From Chloroflexota bacterium (GTDB lineage Bacteria > Chloroflexota > Limnocylindria > Limnocylindrales > CSP1-4), in contig CANJLL010000002.1 in the NCBI GenBank assembly GCA_947475545.1, positions 144,950-208,949 on the forward strand: a stretch of 64,000 bases of DNA, given 5' to 3'. The notes under the pieces were generated by a model that did not search any database, had not been told where the DNA came from, and worked only from the letters and a program-made list of their open reading frames with translations. A program made the translations under genes and the position numbers. This document shows positions 35,470 to 45,946 of the stretch, one piece after another (within the stretch, counting starts at the first letter, position 1; each line of letters opens with the position of its first letter).

Positions 35470-35499
35470 CGGCGCACGCGTGATGAGGGCGGTGCTCCC

Positions 35500-36984
35500 G
35501 TGCTGATCTTCTCCGGCATCGCGATCGTCCTCGGCGTGCTCCTGACCCTGAGCGCCCTGCTGGGCGCCAGGGTCGGCCGCGCGTCGGCAAGAGCGGACGG
35601 CTGGCCGGGCGGCGTCCGCCGGTTCCTCCTCTCCCCCATCGACCCCGCCACGTGGGAGTCCGCGTGGGCGATCGGCCAGGGGTTCTTCGTCGGGACCATC
35701 GGGTTCAGCCTGGTCGTCTCGATCTTCTCCACCGGGGCGTCGTTGCTCGTGGTCGGCATCGGCGTGGTGCTGGTCGGGGTCGGCGTCGAGGTATCACGGG
35801 TCATCGCCGGCATCGAGCGGGGCCGGGTCTCCGTCACGGGGACAGCGCCGCTCCTCGCCCACGGCTACCGGCCGCGGGGCCAGGGCGCCCGCGACCTGGC
35901 GATGGCGGTCTTCCTGGACCTGAATCGCTGGCGTGACGTCGCCTACGTGTTGATCTCGTTCCCGCTCACGGTCATCGAGTTCGGGGTGACGATCACCCTC
36001 TGGGCGGCCACGCTGCTGCTGCTCTCGATGCCGGCCTGGATCGGCGACGTCGGCGGAGCGGCGGCGATCAGCGTGGGATCCGGGCCGGTGACCGGGCCAC
36101 TGGCCGACTGGGTCGTGATCCTCGCCTTTTCGGCGGGCGTCGTGCTCCTCTTCGTCGCCTCGTCGGTGACGCAGGCGCTCCTGGCGCTCCATCGCGCGGT
36201 GGTCGCGGGGCTGCTGTGCGAATCGGAGCAGCGGGCGTTGCATCGGCGGGTGGCCACGCTGGAGGGCAGCCGCCGGGCCGTGCTGGACGTGGAGGCGAGC
36301 GAGCTGCGCCGGATCGAGCGGGATCTCCACGACGGCGCCCAGCAGCGGCTGGTGATGCTGGCGATGAGCCTGGGCATGGCGGCCGAGAAGATCGACGACG
36401 ACCCGGCCCGCGCCAAGGCCATGGTCCTGGAGGCCCGCGAGCAGGCCCGCCAGGCGCTGGCGGAGCTGCGCGACCTGGCCCGCGGCATCGCGCCATCCAT
36501 CCTGATGGACCGTGGGCTGGTCCCGGCGCTGGAGTCCATCGCTGGCCGGACGCCCGTGCCCACCTCCGTGCTCAGCACTGTCCCGGTGGGGATCCGCCTG
36601 CCGGACGCCATCGAGCGGGCGGCCTACTTCGTGGTCGCAGAATCGCTGGCCAACGTGGCGAAGCACGCGGCGGGTGCGGCGGGTGCCGACGCAGCCCTCG
36701 CTCCCGGCCAGGCCGCCACGCGCTGCGAGGTCCGCTGCCGGCCCGATGGCCCCAACCTGGTCGTGGAGGTCTGGGATGACGGGGCGGGTGGCGCAACGCT
36801 GGTCCCGGGCGGGGGGCTGGCAGGCCTGCGAGACCGGGTGGAGGGCGTCGACGGGACGCTGACCGTGGAGAGCCCGGTGGGCGGCCCCACCCTCATCCGG
36901 GCGACGATCCCGGTGGCGGGCCGCGTCACCCACGCGGCCCCGACGCCGCCCCCGGCCCCCACCGGCGACGGCTGGGTTCGCTAG
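35500..36984 (+). CDS. sensor histidine kinase (HisKA_3/NarL-partner type, LiaS/VraS-like)
   Basis: Membrane sensor domain; H-box ELRRIERDLHDGAQQRL; ATPase VAESLANVAKHA...VEVWDDGAGG. Confidence 0.85.
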   Translation: MLIFSGIAIVLGVLLTLSALLGARVGRASARADGWPGGVRRFLLSPIDPATWESAWAIGQGFFVGTIGFSLVVSIFSTGASLLVVGIGVVLVGVGVEVSRVIAGIERGRVSVTGTAPLLAHGYRPRGQGARDLAMAVFLDLNRWRDVAYVLISFPLTVIEFGVTITLWAATLLLLSMPAWIGDVGGAAAISVGSGPVTGPLADWVVILAFSAGVVLLFVASSVTQALLALHRAVVAGLLCESEQRALHRRVATLEGSRRAVLDVEASELRRIERDLHDGAQQRLVMLAMSLGMAAEKIDDDPARAKAMVLEAREQARQALAELRDLARGIAPSILMDRGLVPALESIAGRTPVPTSVLSTVPVGIRLPDAIERAAYFVVAESLANVAKHAAGAAGADAALAPGQAATRCEVRCRPDGPNLVVEVWDDGAGGATLVPGGGLAGLRDRVEGVDGTLTVESPVGGPTLIRATIPVAGRVTHAAPTPPPAPTGDGWVR

Positions 36985-37097
36985 GCGGGCACGTGCCACT
37001 CGGGCAGCCCGGGGCGGCGACAACGCATCCGGCCGCGCCGGATTCGGCCGCCCGGGCGCATCATGCGGTCAACGTCCGGCCTCTGGAGTTGAGGCCC

Positions 37098-37664
37098 ATG
37101 CGCAGCGACATCGTCCCCGGCGCCCAGTTCCCCGACTACACGCTCCCCGACCACACGGGTCGCCTGCATCGGCTGTCCACGCTCCAGGGCCGTGATCCCA
37201 TGATCCTGGTCCTGTCGCGCGGCCACCACTGTCCAAAGGATCGGATCCAGCACCGAAACCTGGTCGGGCTCTGGCCGGAGATCCGTCTGGCCTACACGAA
37301 GATCGTGACCATCACCACGGATGCGCAGCGCGAGGCCAGCGAGATGCGCGACGGGGTCAGCGCCGAGTGGCCGTTCCTGTGTGACCCGGGGCGAACGGTC
37401 CAGCAGGACCTGGACGTCGGCGAGTACACGGACCCGGACCACAACCCCATGGTGCCGCACGCGCTGGTGCTGGCCCCCGGCCTGGAGATCCACTCCATCT
37501 ACAACGGCTACTGGTTCTGGGGCCGGCCCACCTACGAGGACCTGCGCCGGGACCTGCGCGCGGTCACGCGGCGCGTCCGGCCGGACTGGGACCTGGGCGC
37601 GCCCGGGCTGCGCGAGCGCTGGGACTCGGGCGATCGGACCGGTTTCTGGCCCTACCGGGGCTGA
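37098..37664 (+). CDS. redoxin/peroxiredoxin-like thioredoxin-fold protein
   Basis: LVLSRGHHCPKD...; ORF 36993..37664 with the probable start at MRSDIVPGAQ. Confidence 0.55.
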   Translation: MRSDIVPGAQFPDYTLPDHTGRLHRLSTLQGRDPMILVLSRGHHCPKDRIQHRNLVGLWPEIRLAYTKIVTITTDAQREASEMRDGVSAEWPFLCDPGRTVQQDLDVGEYTDPDHNPMVPHALVLAPGLEIHSIYNGYWFWGRPTYEDLRRDLRAVTRRVRPDWDLGAPGLRERWDSGDRTGFWPYRG

Positions 37665-37714
37665 CGGCGGGCGTCGTCAGCCCCGAATCGCGGCGACGGG
37701 CGCAACCGTCGCCG

Positions 37715-40066
37715 CTAGTAGGTCAGCCGGACCGCGGCACCATCGAGTGAGAACGTCCTCGACGTCGAGCTGGCCACGTCGATGACCCGGACCCGGAAGT
37801 TCGTCCCGAAGTCCGCCGCGGACCACGCTCGCCCCCACAGGTCCGCCGTGGTGCCCAACGTGTAGGTGGTCAGGGTGGTGCCCAGGTTCGCCGTGAGCTT
37901 ACCGGTGGTCCAGCTGGTCCCTCCGTTCCAGGAGAGCTGGACGCAGAACTTGGGCGAGCTGCTCGAGGAGTTCACCTGACCGCGGAGCTGGACCTCGATC
38001 CCCTTGACCGCGGCCGCTCCGGGCAGGCCGAAGCCGTACCCGGACAGGAGCTCCTTGTCACGGAGGGTGCTGGTACAGGACTGGCTGGAGCCGGTCCCGC
38101 TGTTGGCATCCGTCGCAAGGTTCCCATCAAAGGCGAACAGGTTGGCGGCGTTCGACTCATAGCCGTTGTTGTCACCGGCACCGCTCGTCACCGCGGCGGC
38201 GGTCGTCGGGAAGATCCAGGCGGTCTGGGTCGGCGTGGGGGTCGGCGACGGGGAAGGCGTCGGCGACGGGACCGGTGAAGGGGACGGAGTGGGGACGGGC
38301 GTCGGCGCGGGGTCCGGCTGGGCGACGCAGTTGGGCAGGGTGAACGACGCGATACGCGTCCGCCACGGCGCCGAGCCGGTCGTCTGGACGTACTCGCTGG
38401 TAAACCAGAAGGTGCAGTTGTCCGTGGGATCCACGGCCAGCATGCTGTAGTCGCCCCAGCGCGACGCGCTGTGCGTCTGGGCGCCCGTGCCGTTGATGAT
38501 GGTGCCCTCGCCCTGGGGGAGCGTCCCGAGTGGGTCCGTGGCGACGCGCCCGGTGTACCGGATGGACGGATACATGGTGGCTGCCGAGACCGAGTACCCG
38601 AGCGCGATCCCGCCGCTGCCGTTCATCGCCGCGCTGGCCATCCAGCGGTTGTTCGCGTCGGGCGAGAACGTACCCTGCTGGAAGATCACCCAGCCCGAGC
38701 CGGTGTTCCGCAGCTCGTACCAGCGGATGCCCGCGTGATCGGCGCTGTCGACATCCACGGTGTGGTTGACGACCAGTGACTGGTGGTCACCGAAGTTGCG
38801 GTACTGCAGCCGGTACATCAGCCGGTCGGCCAGGGTATCCAGCTTGGCGGTGGTGCCTTGCTGCGGGATGCAGCTCCGCGCGCCGTTGCACAGGTTGTAG
38901 TCGAACGCCGCCGTGGGCAGGGTGGGCGCCACCTTGGTGAAGCTGGAGCTGGCGGTGTTGGCCCAATCCACGTGGAAGTTCCAGATCTGGAGCTGATCGG
39001 GCGAGTAGCCCCAGGCGTCGTCGTCGAACTGCATGAAGGCATTTGGGGCGCCGCTTGGCGGAGTGGGGCCGTCCAGGTCGGACGGGAGCATGCCGCCCAG
39101 CTGGTAGCGCGGATCGCTCGTGTTGGTGGTGTACATGTCGAACTTGACCATCCGGGCGGGCTGGCCCTGGAGCATCTTGTCGCGCTCGAAGACGGCGACG
39201 CCCTGGCCGCCCCACGACGTGCCGTTGGTGAACTGGTTGACGGACATGTAGTACCCGTCCGGCCAGACGCCGAAGTGCGGGTAGTCGTTCATCTTGGTGG
39301 TGCTGTACAGGAAGTCGTAGCGGTACCAGGCACCGGTCGGATCCGGCGTCTGCGAGATTGCGATGCACTCGTGGTAGCCGGCTGCTCCACCCGGGAGCGC
39401 GAACTGGCTGACCATCCAGCGATCCGCGAGCGGGTCGTACAGGACGATTGGATCCCCATCGTTGCGGGTCTCGCAGTAGCCGCCGAAGCCGGCCCAGATG
39501 GTGTTGCCGTTGGTTGGCCCGTAGAGGACGGTCCCGGACTTGCTGTAGACGGCCAGGCTCAGGTTGACGAACTGGACGTAGTGGTTGGGGCCCACGTCGC
39601 CGTTCGTGTCCGGCGGCAGCACGCCGTTGCGATTGTTGATGCCCTCGAAGCTCTGGATGGGCGCGGAGACGGATGTCGCCGAGACGGGGCCTGCGGGCTG
39701 GAGAGCGGGATCGAGCGCCGCGCTGCCGGAGGCTCCCCTGCCCGGGGCTCCCGGGCCGTCGCGCCCGGCGATGATCTTCTTCGGCTTCACATTGGACGGG
39801 TCGTCCACGACGGGGGTGTAGCTGAGCTGGGTGGGCATCCCGGCCAGGGGGGCCGACACGTCGTGCCGCTCAGCCTGGACCACCGTGAACGGGCCGTCCA
39901 CACCGGCTCCACGGTCCCCGCCACCGACCGACACCCCGACTGGCGCGTTGGCCCCACGGTCGGACACGGCTGCCGGGGTGAGCGCCGACGACAGGATTGA
40001 CATCGTCACGACCACGGCGACGCCGGCGATTGCGGCGGCGAACCAGGTGCGTCGCGGAAGGCGCAT
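37715..40066 (-). CDS. large secreted protein: N-terminal beta-propeller/glycosidase-like domain, PT-rich linker, C-terminal beta-sandwich domain
   Basis: 783 aa. Signal peptide [46 protein letters not shown] linker. Confidence 0.75.
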   Translation of the reverse strand: MRLPRRTWFAAAIAGVAVVVTMSILSSALTPAAVSDRGANAPVGVSVGGGDRGAGVDGPFTVVQAERHDVSAPLAGMPTQLSYTPVVDDPSNVKPKKIIAGRDGPGAPGRGASGSAALDPALQPAGPVSATSVSAPIQSFEGINNRNGVLPPDTNGDVGPNHYVQFVNLSLAVYSKSGTVLYGPTNGNTIWAGFGGYCETRNDGDPIVLYDPLADRWMVSQFALPGGAAGYHECIAISQTPDPTGAWYRYDFLYSTTKMNDYPHFGVWPDGYYMSVNQFTNGTSWGGQGVAVFERDKMLQGQPARMVKFDMYTTNTSDPRYQLGGMLPSDLDGPTPPSGAPNAFMQFDDDAWGYSPDQLQIWNFHVDWANTASSSFTKVAPTLPTAAFDYNLCNGARSCIPQQGTTAKLDTLADRLMYRLQYRNFGDHQSLVVNHTVDVDSADHAGIRWYELRNTGSGWVIFQQGTFSPDANNRWMASAAMNGSGGIALGYSVSAATMYPSIRYTGRVATDPLGTLPQGEGTIINGTGAQTHSASRWGDYSMLAVDPTDNCTFWFTSEYVQTTGSAPWRTRIASFTLPNCVAQPDPAPTPVPTPSPSPVPSPTPSPSPTPTPTQTAWIFPTTAAAVTSGAGDNNGYESNAANLFAFDGNLATDANSGTGSSQSCTSTLRDKELLSGYGFGLPGAAAVKGIEVQLRGQVNSSSSSPKFCVQLSWNGGTSWTTGKLTANLGTTLTTYTLGTTADLWGRAWSAADFGTNFRVRVIDVASSTSRTFSLDGAAVRLTY

Positions 40067-40244
40067 GCGCTGTGACCCCCAGGAGTTGGCTTCAGGTTGG
40101 GACGAGGCGTCATGTTGTCACACGCGGCCGTCGATGGGAATCCCCACAGCCGTACCTCACCCCCCAGACCCAGGTCCGCCCGCGGGGCGTCCGCCGGCTC
40201 GGCTTCGACCGCCGGGCGTCCGCCGGCTCGGCTTCGACTTCGCC

Positions 40245-40919
40245 CTATCCGCCCAGGTAGGTCAGGACCGCCAGGACCCGGCGGTGATCGTTCTCCGTGT
40301 CGGGCAACTCCAGCTTCCCGAAGATGTTGCTGATGTGCTTCTCGGTGGCGCCCTCGCTGATGCCCAGCAGCACGGCGATCCCCATGTTGGTGCGGCCCTC
40401 GGCCATCGCCGCCAGGACCTCCCTCTCGCGCGGGGTCAGCGAGGTGATCCGGTCGTCGGCGCGCCGAGGGACCATGAGCTGGGCGACAACCTCGGGGTCC
40501 AGGGCGGTCCCGCCGCGGGCCACCCGGCGGAGCGCATCCATGAAGTCGCGCACGTCCGCCACGCGGTCCTTGAGGAGATAGCCCACGCCGCCGGCGCGAT
40601 CGGCGAGCAGTTCCGTCGCGTACTGGCGCTCGACGTACTGGCTCAGCACAAGCACCGGGGTCCCGGGGACGCGGCGTCGGGCCTCGATGGCGGCGCGCAG
40701 CCCCTCGTCGCGCTGGGTGGGCGGCATCCGGACGTCGACGACGCTGACGTCGGGGCGGTGCTCCACGACGGCGGCCACCAGCGACGGGCCGTCGGCGACC
40801 TTGGCGACCACCTGGCCGCCGGATTCGGAGATCAGCGAGGCCAGCCCCTCTCGGAGCAAGGCCGAATCTTCGGCGATGACCACCCGGAGCGGCGCGCTGT
40901 CCACGCGCCGATGATGCAC
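40245..40919 (-). CDS. NarL/LuxR-family response regulator (typical receiver)
   Basis: RVVIAEDSALLREG...VSVVDVRMP...; HTH LTPREREVLAAMAEGRTNMGIA. GTG start near 40919 or 40904. Confidence 0.8.
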   Translation of the reverse strand: MHHRRVDSAPLRVVIAEDSALLREGLASLISESGGQVVAKVADGPSLVAAVVEHRPDVSVVDVRMPPTQRDEGLRAAIEARRRVPGTPVLVLSQYVERQYATELLADRAGGVGYLLKDRVADVRDFMDALRRVARGGTALDPEVVAQLMVPRRADDRITSLTPREREVLAAMAEGRTNMGIAVLLGISEGATEKHISNIFGKLELPDTENDHRRVLAVLTYLGG

Positions 40920-41066
40920 CAGCGGGCAGCGCCGCGGGAAGGGGGGCGGCGTGGGACTGCGGTGGATGGGGCCATTCCTCCATCCGGCGGGCGGCGGCAG
41001 GACGGTTGGCCCGTTGACCCCGGTGGGGGGCGTTGGTGATACTGACGCAACGTAGAGGGAGAGCCA

Positions 41067-41747
41067 ATGACTCGTGACGCCGACGTCCCTTCCATGGGCA
41101 GCACGGCCCCCATGGCCGAGACCGAGACCCTGCCTCCGCCCGATTGGGCCGAGGGCGACGCCTCCGTCCACCTCGAGGACCTGGTCGTCGCGCCACTACC
41201 CGAGCTGCACGGGCACTTCAAGGTGGGCGCCTCGTGCAGGATCGAGCTGATCGGCGCGCACCTGCGCCTGCGCGCCACGCTGCTGCTGGGTGGCCATCGC
41301 CGGCTGTCGGACTTCCTGAACAACCACGACGGACTCCTGGAGTGCCGCGACGCCACGGTCTTGCGCCGCAACGGCGTGCCGACCAAGGTCACGGCCAGCA
41401 GCATCTGGGTCAGCCCATCCGACGTCACGCTGATCGGCGACCTTGATGCGGCTGCGGGTCCCGGCTCGCCGCGCGAGTTCGTCCAGCCGCGTGCGCGGCG
41501 CCCGATCGTCGTCGTGACACCTGGCCACACGCTGACCGGGGACGTCTACCTGGCTCCGGAGGCGGAGCTCTCGGTCTTCATCGCGTCGAACTATCCGAGG
41601 TTCCTCCCGCTGACCGGCGTCCGGACCCGCTCGCTCGCGGACCGGCGGATCCTGGCGGGCTACGACTTCGTGCTGCTCAACCGAAGCCAGATCGTCGCGG
41701 TGACGGCGCTCCAGCCCGGCATGGGGACGGGCCGCGCCGCAATCTGA
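41067..41747 (+). CDS. hypothetical protein
   Basis: ATG with GAGGGAGAG SD. Coherent globular sequence. Confidence 0.55.
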   Translation: MTRDADVPSMGSTAPMAETETLPPPDWAEGDASVHLEDLVVAPLPELHGHFKVGASCRIELIGAHLRLRATLLLGGHRRLSDFLNNHDGLLECRDATVLRRNGVPTKVTASSIWVSPSDVTLIGDLDAAAGPGSPREFVQPRARRPIVVVTPGHTLTGDVYLAPEAELSVFIASNYPRFLPLTGVRTRSLADRRILAGYDFVLLNRSQIVAVTALQPGMGTGRAAI

Positions 41748-41754
41748 ATGCGGT

Positions 41755-41809
41755 GCGACGCGGCACGGCGGGGCGACGCGGCACGGCGGGGCGACGCGGC
41801 ACGGCCGGG
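41755..41809. repeat. 18-bp tandem repeat x3 (CGACGCGGCACGGCGGGG) in a convergent intergenic region
   Basis: Direct reading gcgacgcggcacggcggggcgacgcggcacggcggggcgacgcggcacggccggg. Confidence 0.7.
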
Positions 41810-41890
41810 CCTCGCCTACACCCCCGGCCCCAATCGCAGCACCAGGCCGCTTCGGCTGGCCACCAGCGCAAGACGGCCCCACGACCAGCC

Positions 41891-43246
41891 TCAGACCAGG
41901 CGGGCGAACAGCTCGTTCGAGAGGAGACGGCCCGTCGTCGTCAGGGCCACGCGACCGCCGGGTGCCTCGGCCACGAAGCCGCCTTCCAGCGCCCAGGCCA
42001 GGTGCGGAGCCAGCGACCCTGCCTCGGCCTCGGCGAGCGAGAGGCCCGTGTCGAGCCGAAGGGCGAGGATCGCGGCCTCGGCGGCCGCGGTGCGCGCGTC
42101 CAGGGTCTCCGATCCGCCGGGCGGCGGCTCGGGCGGCTCGTGCGGGGCGCCCGGCGTGCCCAGCAGCGCCGCCAGATAGCCGTCCAGCCTGGCGCCATTC
42201 CAGCGCCGAGTGGTCCCGTCGAACGCGTGGGCCCCCGGGCCCACGGCCTCGTACGGGAGGCGCTGCCAGTAGGCCAAGTTGTGCCGGCTCTCGTGCCCGG
42301 GACGTGCCCAGTTGCTGATCTCGTAGCCCCGGAAGCCGGCCGACGCCAGCCGCTCCACCGCCAGGCGGTACTGGTCCGCCGCGCGGTCATCGTCCTGGCG
42401 GGCGCGGGCACGTTCCCGCCAGCGGCGCGCGCCGGCCGTCGCGGGGAGGTGGTCCCCGCCGGGCCCGGTGAGTCCTTCCGCGTCCGGGTCGTCGAGCGTC
42501 AGCGCGTAGAGGGAGAGGTGCTCCGGGCCCAGCCCAATCGCGGCGTCCAGCGAGGCGGCCCAGCGCTCCAGCGTTCCACCGGGAATGTCGTAGAGCAGGT
42601 CCAGGTTGATCGACGCGATGCCGGCGCCCCTCGCCAGGTCAAGGGCCGCGGCCACGTCGGCGGGCTTATGGCGACGGCCGAGCGCGCGCAGCTCGGCGGG
42701 GTCAAGGCTCTGGACCCCGAACGACACGCGGTTCACGCCAGCTGCGGCAAACCCGGCAAGGTCGCCCCGATCGTCGGTGCCCGGGTTGGCCTCCAGCGTG
42801 ATCTCTGCGCCGGCCGCCATCCCGAATCGCCGCGCGATCAGCTCCAGGAGGCCGCCAACCGCCGCGGCAGCGAGCAGCGACGGCGTGCCCCCACCCAGGT
42901 AGACGCTCCGGAGCGCCGGGCGGGCACTCCCCCACCGCTCGTCGAGCGCATCGGCGCGCAGGCGCAGCTCGGCGGTCAGCGCCTCCACGAAGGGCACCAC
43001 CTGGCTGCGCGGCCCCCGCGCGAGGGCCCCCGCGTAGACGACGAAGTCGCAGTAGGGGCAGAGCGAGACGCAGAACGGGACGTGGACGTACAGGGCGACG
43101 GGTGGCGCGGCGCGTGGGGCGGCCAGGGCCGGGTCAGGGGACTGGGCCGGGGACCCGCCGGTGGTCGTGCCGGTCGTGCTGGCCGCCCCCAGGTCAGGCT
43201 GGGGCGCACCCGCGCCGGGCGAGGCGGGCAGTGGGCCCGCCGTCAT
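41891..43246 (-). CDS. hemW: radical SAM heme chaperone HemW / HemN-like coproporphyrinogen oxidase family
   Basis: CxxxCxxC LCPYCDF, ...SFGVQS...; sits downstream of lepA. The start M15 (43246) overlaps the CPBP stop (ATGA). Confidence 0.8.
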   Translation of the reverse strand: MTAGPLPASPGAGAPQPDLGAASTTGTTTGGSPAQSPDPALAAPRAAPPVALYVHVPFCVSLCPYCDFVVYAGALARGPRSQVVPFVEALTAELRLRADALDERWGSARPALRSVYLGGGTPSLLAAAAVGGLLELIARRFGMAAGAEITLEANPGTDDRGDLAGFAAAGVNRVSFGVQSLDPAELRALGRRHKPADVAAALDLARGAGIASINLDLLYDIPGGTLERWAASLDAAIGLGPEHLSLYALTLDDPDAEGLTGPGGDHLPATAGARRWRERARARQDDDRAADQYRLAVERLASAGFRGYEISNWARPGHESRHNLAYWQRLPYEAVGPGAHAFDGTTRRWNGARLDGYLAALLGTPGAPHEPPEPPPGGSETLDARTAAAEAAILALRLDTGLSLAEAEAGSLAPHLAWALEGGFVAEAPGGRVALTTTGRLLSNELFARLV

Positions 43247-44013
43247 CGATCGCGCGTGGTCTGGCTTCGGGTGGGAATGGTCCGCCACCCGTCGGGCGGC
43301 CGCCGGCGGCGCTCGATCTCCTCGGCCTCGCGGCCCTTCGGCAGCGGCGAGCCGGCGTGGCCCGTGACCAGGAAGACCGATGTGCGCATGACGGCGTGGC
43401 CGAAGAATGCGGCCGCGAACCCACCCGACACCACGGTCACCCAGCCGCCCAGGAACCCCGCCACCAGGGCGAGCGCGAACATGTACGGATCCCGCCCCGG
43501 CGCCCCGGCCCGCGTCGAGAGCACGTAGACCAGCGCCTGGATGATCACCGCGGCCATCGTGTTGACCCCCGCGATGACGAGGAAGCCCAGCAGCGCGCCG
43601 CGGAAGATTGCCTCGTCCAGGAAGGCCGTGACGACGTCGTTGACCAGCGCGCCTGGGTACGCACGGGCGTCCGGCAGCCGGACCTTGCCGTAGCGATACC
43701 AGGAGTACCCGACGGCCTGGGCAGCCCCGACCAGCGCGTAGAGCAGGCCGAGGAGGATCGTGGCGCCGCGATCACCGGTGCCCAGGTAGAGCTCGCGCGA
43801 AGGCGCGGGATGGAGCACGATCACGGCGAGGACCAGCGCCGCGCCCAGCCCGTACCAGGCCAGTCGCCGGAGCCTGGAGGGCGGTCGACCGTCGGTGGGC
43901 TCGTCGTACTCGGCGGCGCCAAAGCGCTGCGCGTCGAGGCGCAGGAGGACCAGGAGCAGGGTCAGACCAAGGGCGATCAGGACACGGAGCGGATCCGGGA
44001 TCGACCCGATCAT
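43243..44013 (-). CDS. CPBP-family (CAAX) intramembrane metalloprotease
   Basis: EExxxR/FxxxH-type motifs (FLDEAIFRGALLG...FFGHAV); multiple TMs. Confidence 0.75.
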   Translation of the reverse strand: MIGSIPDPLRVLIALGLTLLLVLLRLDAQRFGAAEYDEPTDGRPPSRLRRLAWYGLGAALVLAVIVLHPAPSRELYLGTGDRGATILLGLLYALVGAAQAVGYSWYRYGKVRLPDARAYPGALVNDVVTAFLDEAIFRGALLGFLVIAGVNTMAAVIIQALVYVLSTRAGAPGRDPYMFALALVAGFLGGWVTVVSGGFAAAFFGHAVMRTSVFLVTGHAGSPLPKGREAEEIERRRRPPDGWRTIPTRSQTTRDR

Positions 44014-44018
44014 CAGTC

Positions 44019-45827
44019 TTACTCCTCCCCCATCCCCAGGATGGCCAGGAAGGCCTCCTGCGGAATCTCCACCGATCCAACCCGCTTCATGCGCTGCTTG
44101 CCTTCCTTCTGCTTCTCCAGCAGCTTGCGCTTGCGGCTGATGTCACCACCGTAGCACTTGGCCAGCACGTTCTTGCGCATGGCCCGGACGGTCTCGCGGG
44201 CAATGACGTTGCTGCCGATCGCCGCCTGGATGGGGATCTCGAACATCTGGCGCGGGATCAGGATCTTCAGGCGCTCCGTCAGCTGGCGGCCCAGCGACTG
44301 TGCCTTGTCCCGGTGGCAGATCAGGGACAGGGCATCGACAGGCTCGCCGTTGACCATGATGTCGACCTTGACCAGGTTGGCGGCCCGGTAGTCGGTCTCC
44401 TCGTAGTCCATCGAGGCGTAGCCCGCTGTCCGGCTCTTGAGCTGGTCGTAGAAGTCGACGATCAGCTCGGCCAGCGGCAGCTCGAACTTCAGCAGGACAC
44501 GCTGCGGGTCCAGGTAGTCCATCCCCTCGAACGCGCCGCGGCGGTTGGTGGCCAGCTCCATGAGCGGGCCGATGTAGGTCGATGGCGTCACGATCGAGAG
44601 GCGCACCCACGGCTCGCGGATCTCCTCGATCGTCCCGGAGGACGGCAGGAGCGACGGGTTATCGATCGTGATCACGGGCCCATGGATGAGCTGCACCTGG
44701 TACTCGACGGATGGCGCGGAGGCGATCAGGTCCAGGCTGAACTCGCGCTCCAGGCGCTCCTGGACAATCTCCATGTGGAGGAGTCCCAGGAAGCCGCACC
44801 GGAAGCCAAACCCCAGGGCCACCGAGCTCTCCGGCTCGTAGGTGAACGACGCGTCGTTGAGGTGCAGCTTCTCCAGCGCGTCGCGCAGGAGCGGGTAGTC
44901 CTCGCCGGAGAGCGGGTAGAGGCCGGCGAAGACCAGGCTCTTGGCCTCCTGGTAGCCGGGCAGCGCCTCTGCCGCGGGCCGGACGGCGCTGGTCAGCGTG
45001 TCGCCCACCTGCGCTTCGCGGACGTTCTTGAGGCCCGTCGCGGCGTAGCCCACCTCGCCCGCGACCAGCAGCTGGACCGGCACCAGCTGCGGCCGGAAGA
45101 CGCCCAGCTCCAGCATCTCGCTCTCGGCACCCGACGCCATCAGGCGGATCCGGTCATGGGCGTGGAGGGTGCCGGCGGCCAGCCGCACGTAGTTGATGAC
45201 GCCCTTGTAGGCGTCGTAGTGGGAGTCGAAGATCAGGGCCTTGAGCGGCGCCTCCGGGTCGCCCTTGGGCGGCGGGATGCGGGCGACCACGGCTTCGAGG
45301 ATGTCGACGATCCCGATACCTTCCTTGGCCGATGCCAGGATGACCTCCTCGCGCGGGATCGCGAGGATGTTCTCCAGCTCCTCCATCACCACCTCGGGCT
45401 GGGCGGAGGGGAGGTCGATCTTGTTGATGACCGGCACGATCGTCAGGCCCTCCTTGAGGGCCAGGTGGACGTTCGCCAGGGTCTGCGCCTCGATGCCCTG
45501 GGCCGCGTCCACCACGAGGATGGCGCCCTCGCACGCCTGCAGGCTGCGACTGACCTCGTAGCTGAAGTCGACGTGGCCGGGCGTGTCGATGAGGTTCAGG
45601 CCGTAGACCAGGCCGTCCTTGGCCAGGTACTCCAGGCGGACGGCGCGCGCCTTGATGGTGATGCCCTTCTCGCGCTCCAGGTCCATGGAGTCCAGGACCT
45701 GGGACATCATCTGGCGGCCTTCGACCGTGTGCGTCACCTCCAGCAACCGGTCGGCCAGTGTGGACTTGCCGTGGTCGATATGGGCGATGATCGAGAAGTT
45801 GCGGAGGCGGTCCTGCGGGATGGTCAC
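44019..45827 (-). CDS. lepA: elongation factor 4 (LepA)
   Basis: [19 protein letters not shown]...; full EF4 length. The probable start is the GTG at [12 protein letters not shown] (possibly leaderless). Confidence 0.9.
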   Translation of the reverse strand: MTIPQDRLRNFSIIAHIDHGKSTLADRLLEVTHTVEGRQMMSQVLDSMDLEREKGITIKARAVRLEYLAKDGLVYGLNLIDTPGHVDFSYEVSRSLQACEGAILVVDAAQGIEAQTLANVHLALKEGLTIVPVINKIDLPSAQPEVVMEELENILAIPREEVILASAKEGIGIVDILEAVVARIPPPKGDPEAPLKALIFDSHYDAYKGVINYVRLAAGTLHAHDRIRLMASGAESEMLELGVFRPQLVPVQLLVAGEVGYAATGLKNVREAQVGDTLTSAVRPAAEALPGYQEAKSLVFAGLYPLSGEDYPLLRDALEKLHLNDASFTYEPESSVALGFGFRCGFLGLLHMEIVQERLEREFSLDLIASAPSVEYQVQLIHGPVITIDNPSLLPSSGTIEEIREPWVRLSIVTPSTYIGPLMELATNRRGAFEGMDYLDPQRVLLKFELPLAELIVDFYDQLKSRTAGYASMDYEETDYRAANLVKVDIMVNGEPVDALSLICHRDKAQSLGRQLTERLKILIPRQMFEIPIQAAIGSNVIARETVRAMRKNVLAKCYGGDISRKRKLLEKQKEGKQRMKRVGSVEIPQEAFLAILGMGEE

Positions 45828-45946
45828 GACGCCGGAGTGTAGCCGGTCCGGGGGTGGTACCTCCCGAGGTGGCGGGCGAGCCCTCCGCGGGCCCTGTGCC
45901 CGTCTGCTCGGCCAGCCGCGCAAATGCTGCGTTAACAGCCGCGCGT

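Noticed and set aside
44313-45842. 509-aa plus-strand ORF antisense to lepA, and similar long ORFs antisense to pgk/gap (55848..57194, 56296..57063), pstS (50539..51891), eno (53862..55730) and the LTD protein (60620..61609)
   Set aside because: These are mirror frames of highly conserved housekeeping genes. Their translations show no conserved motifs.
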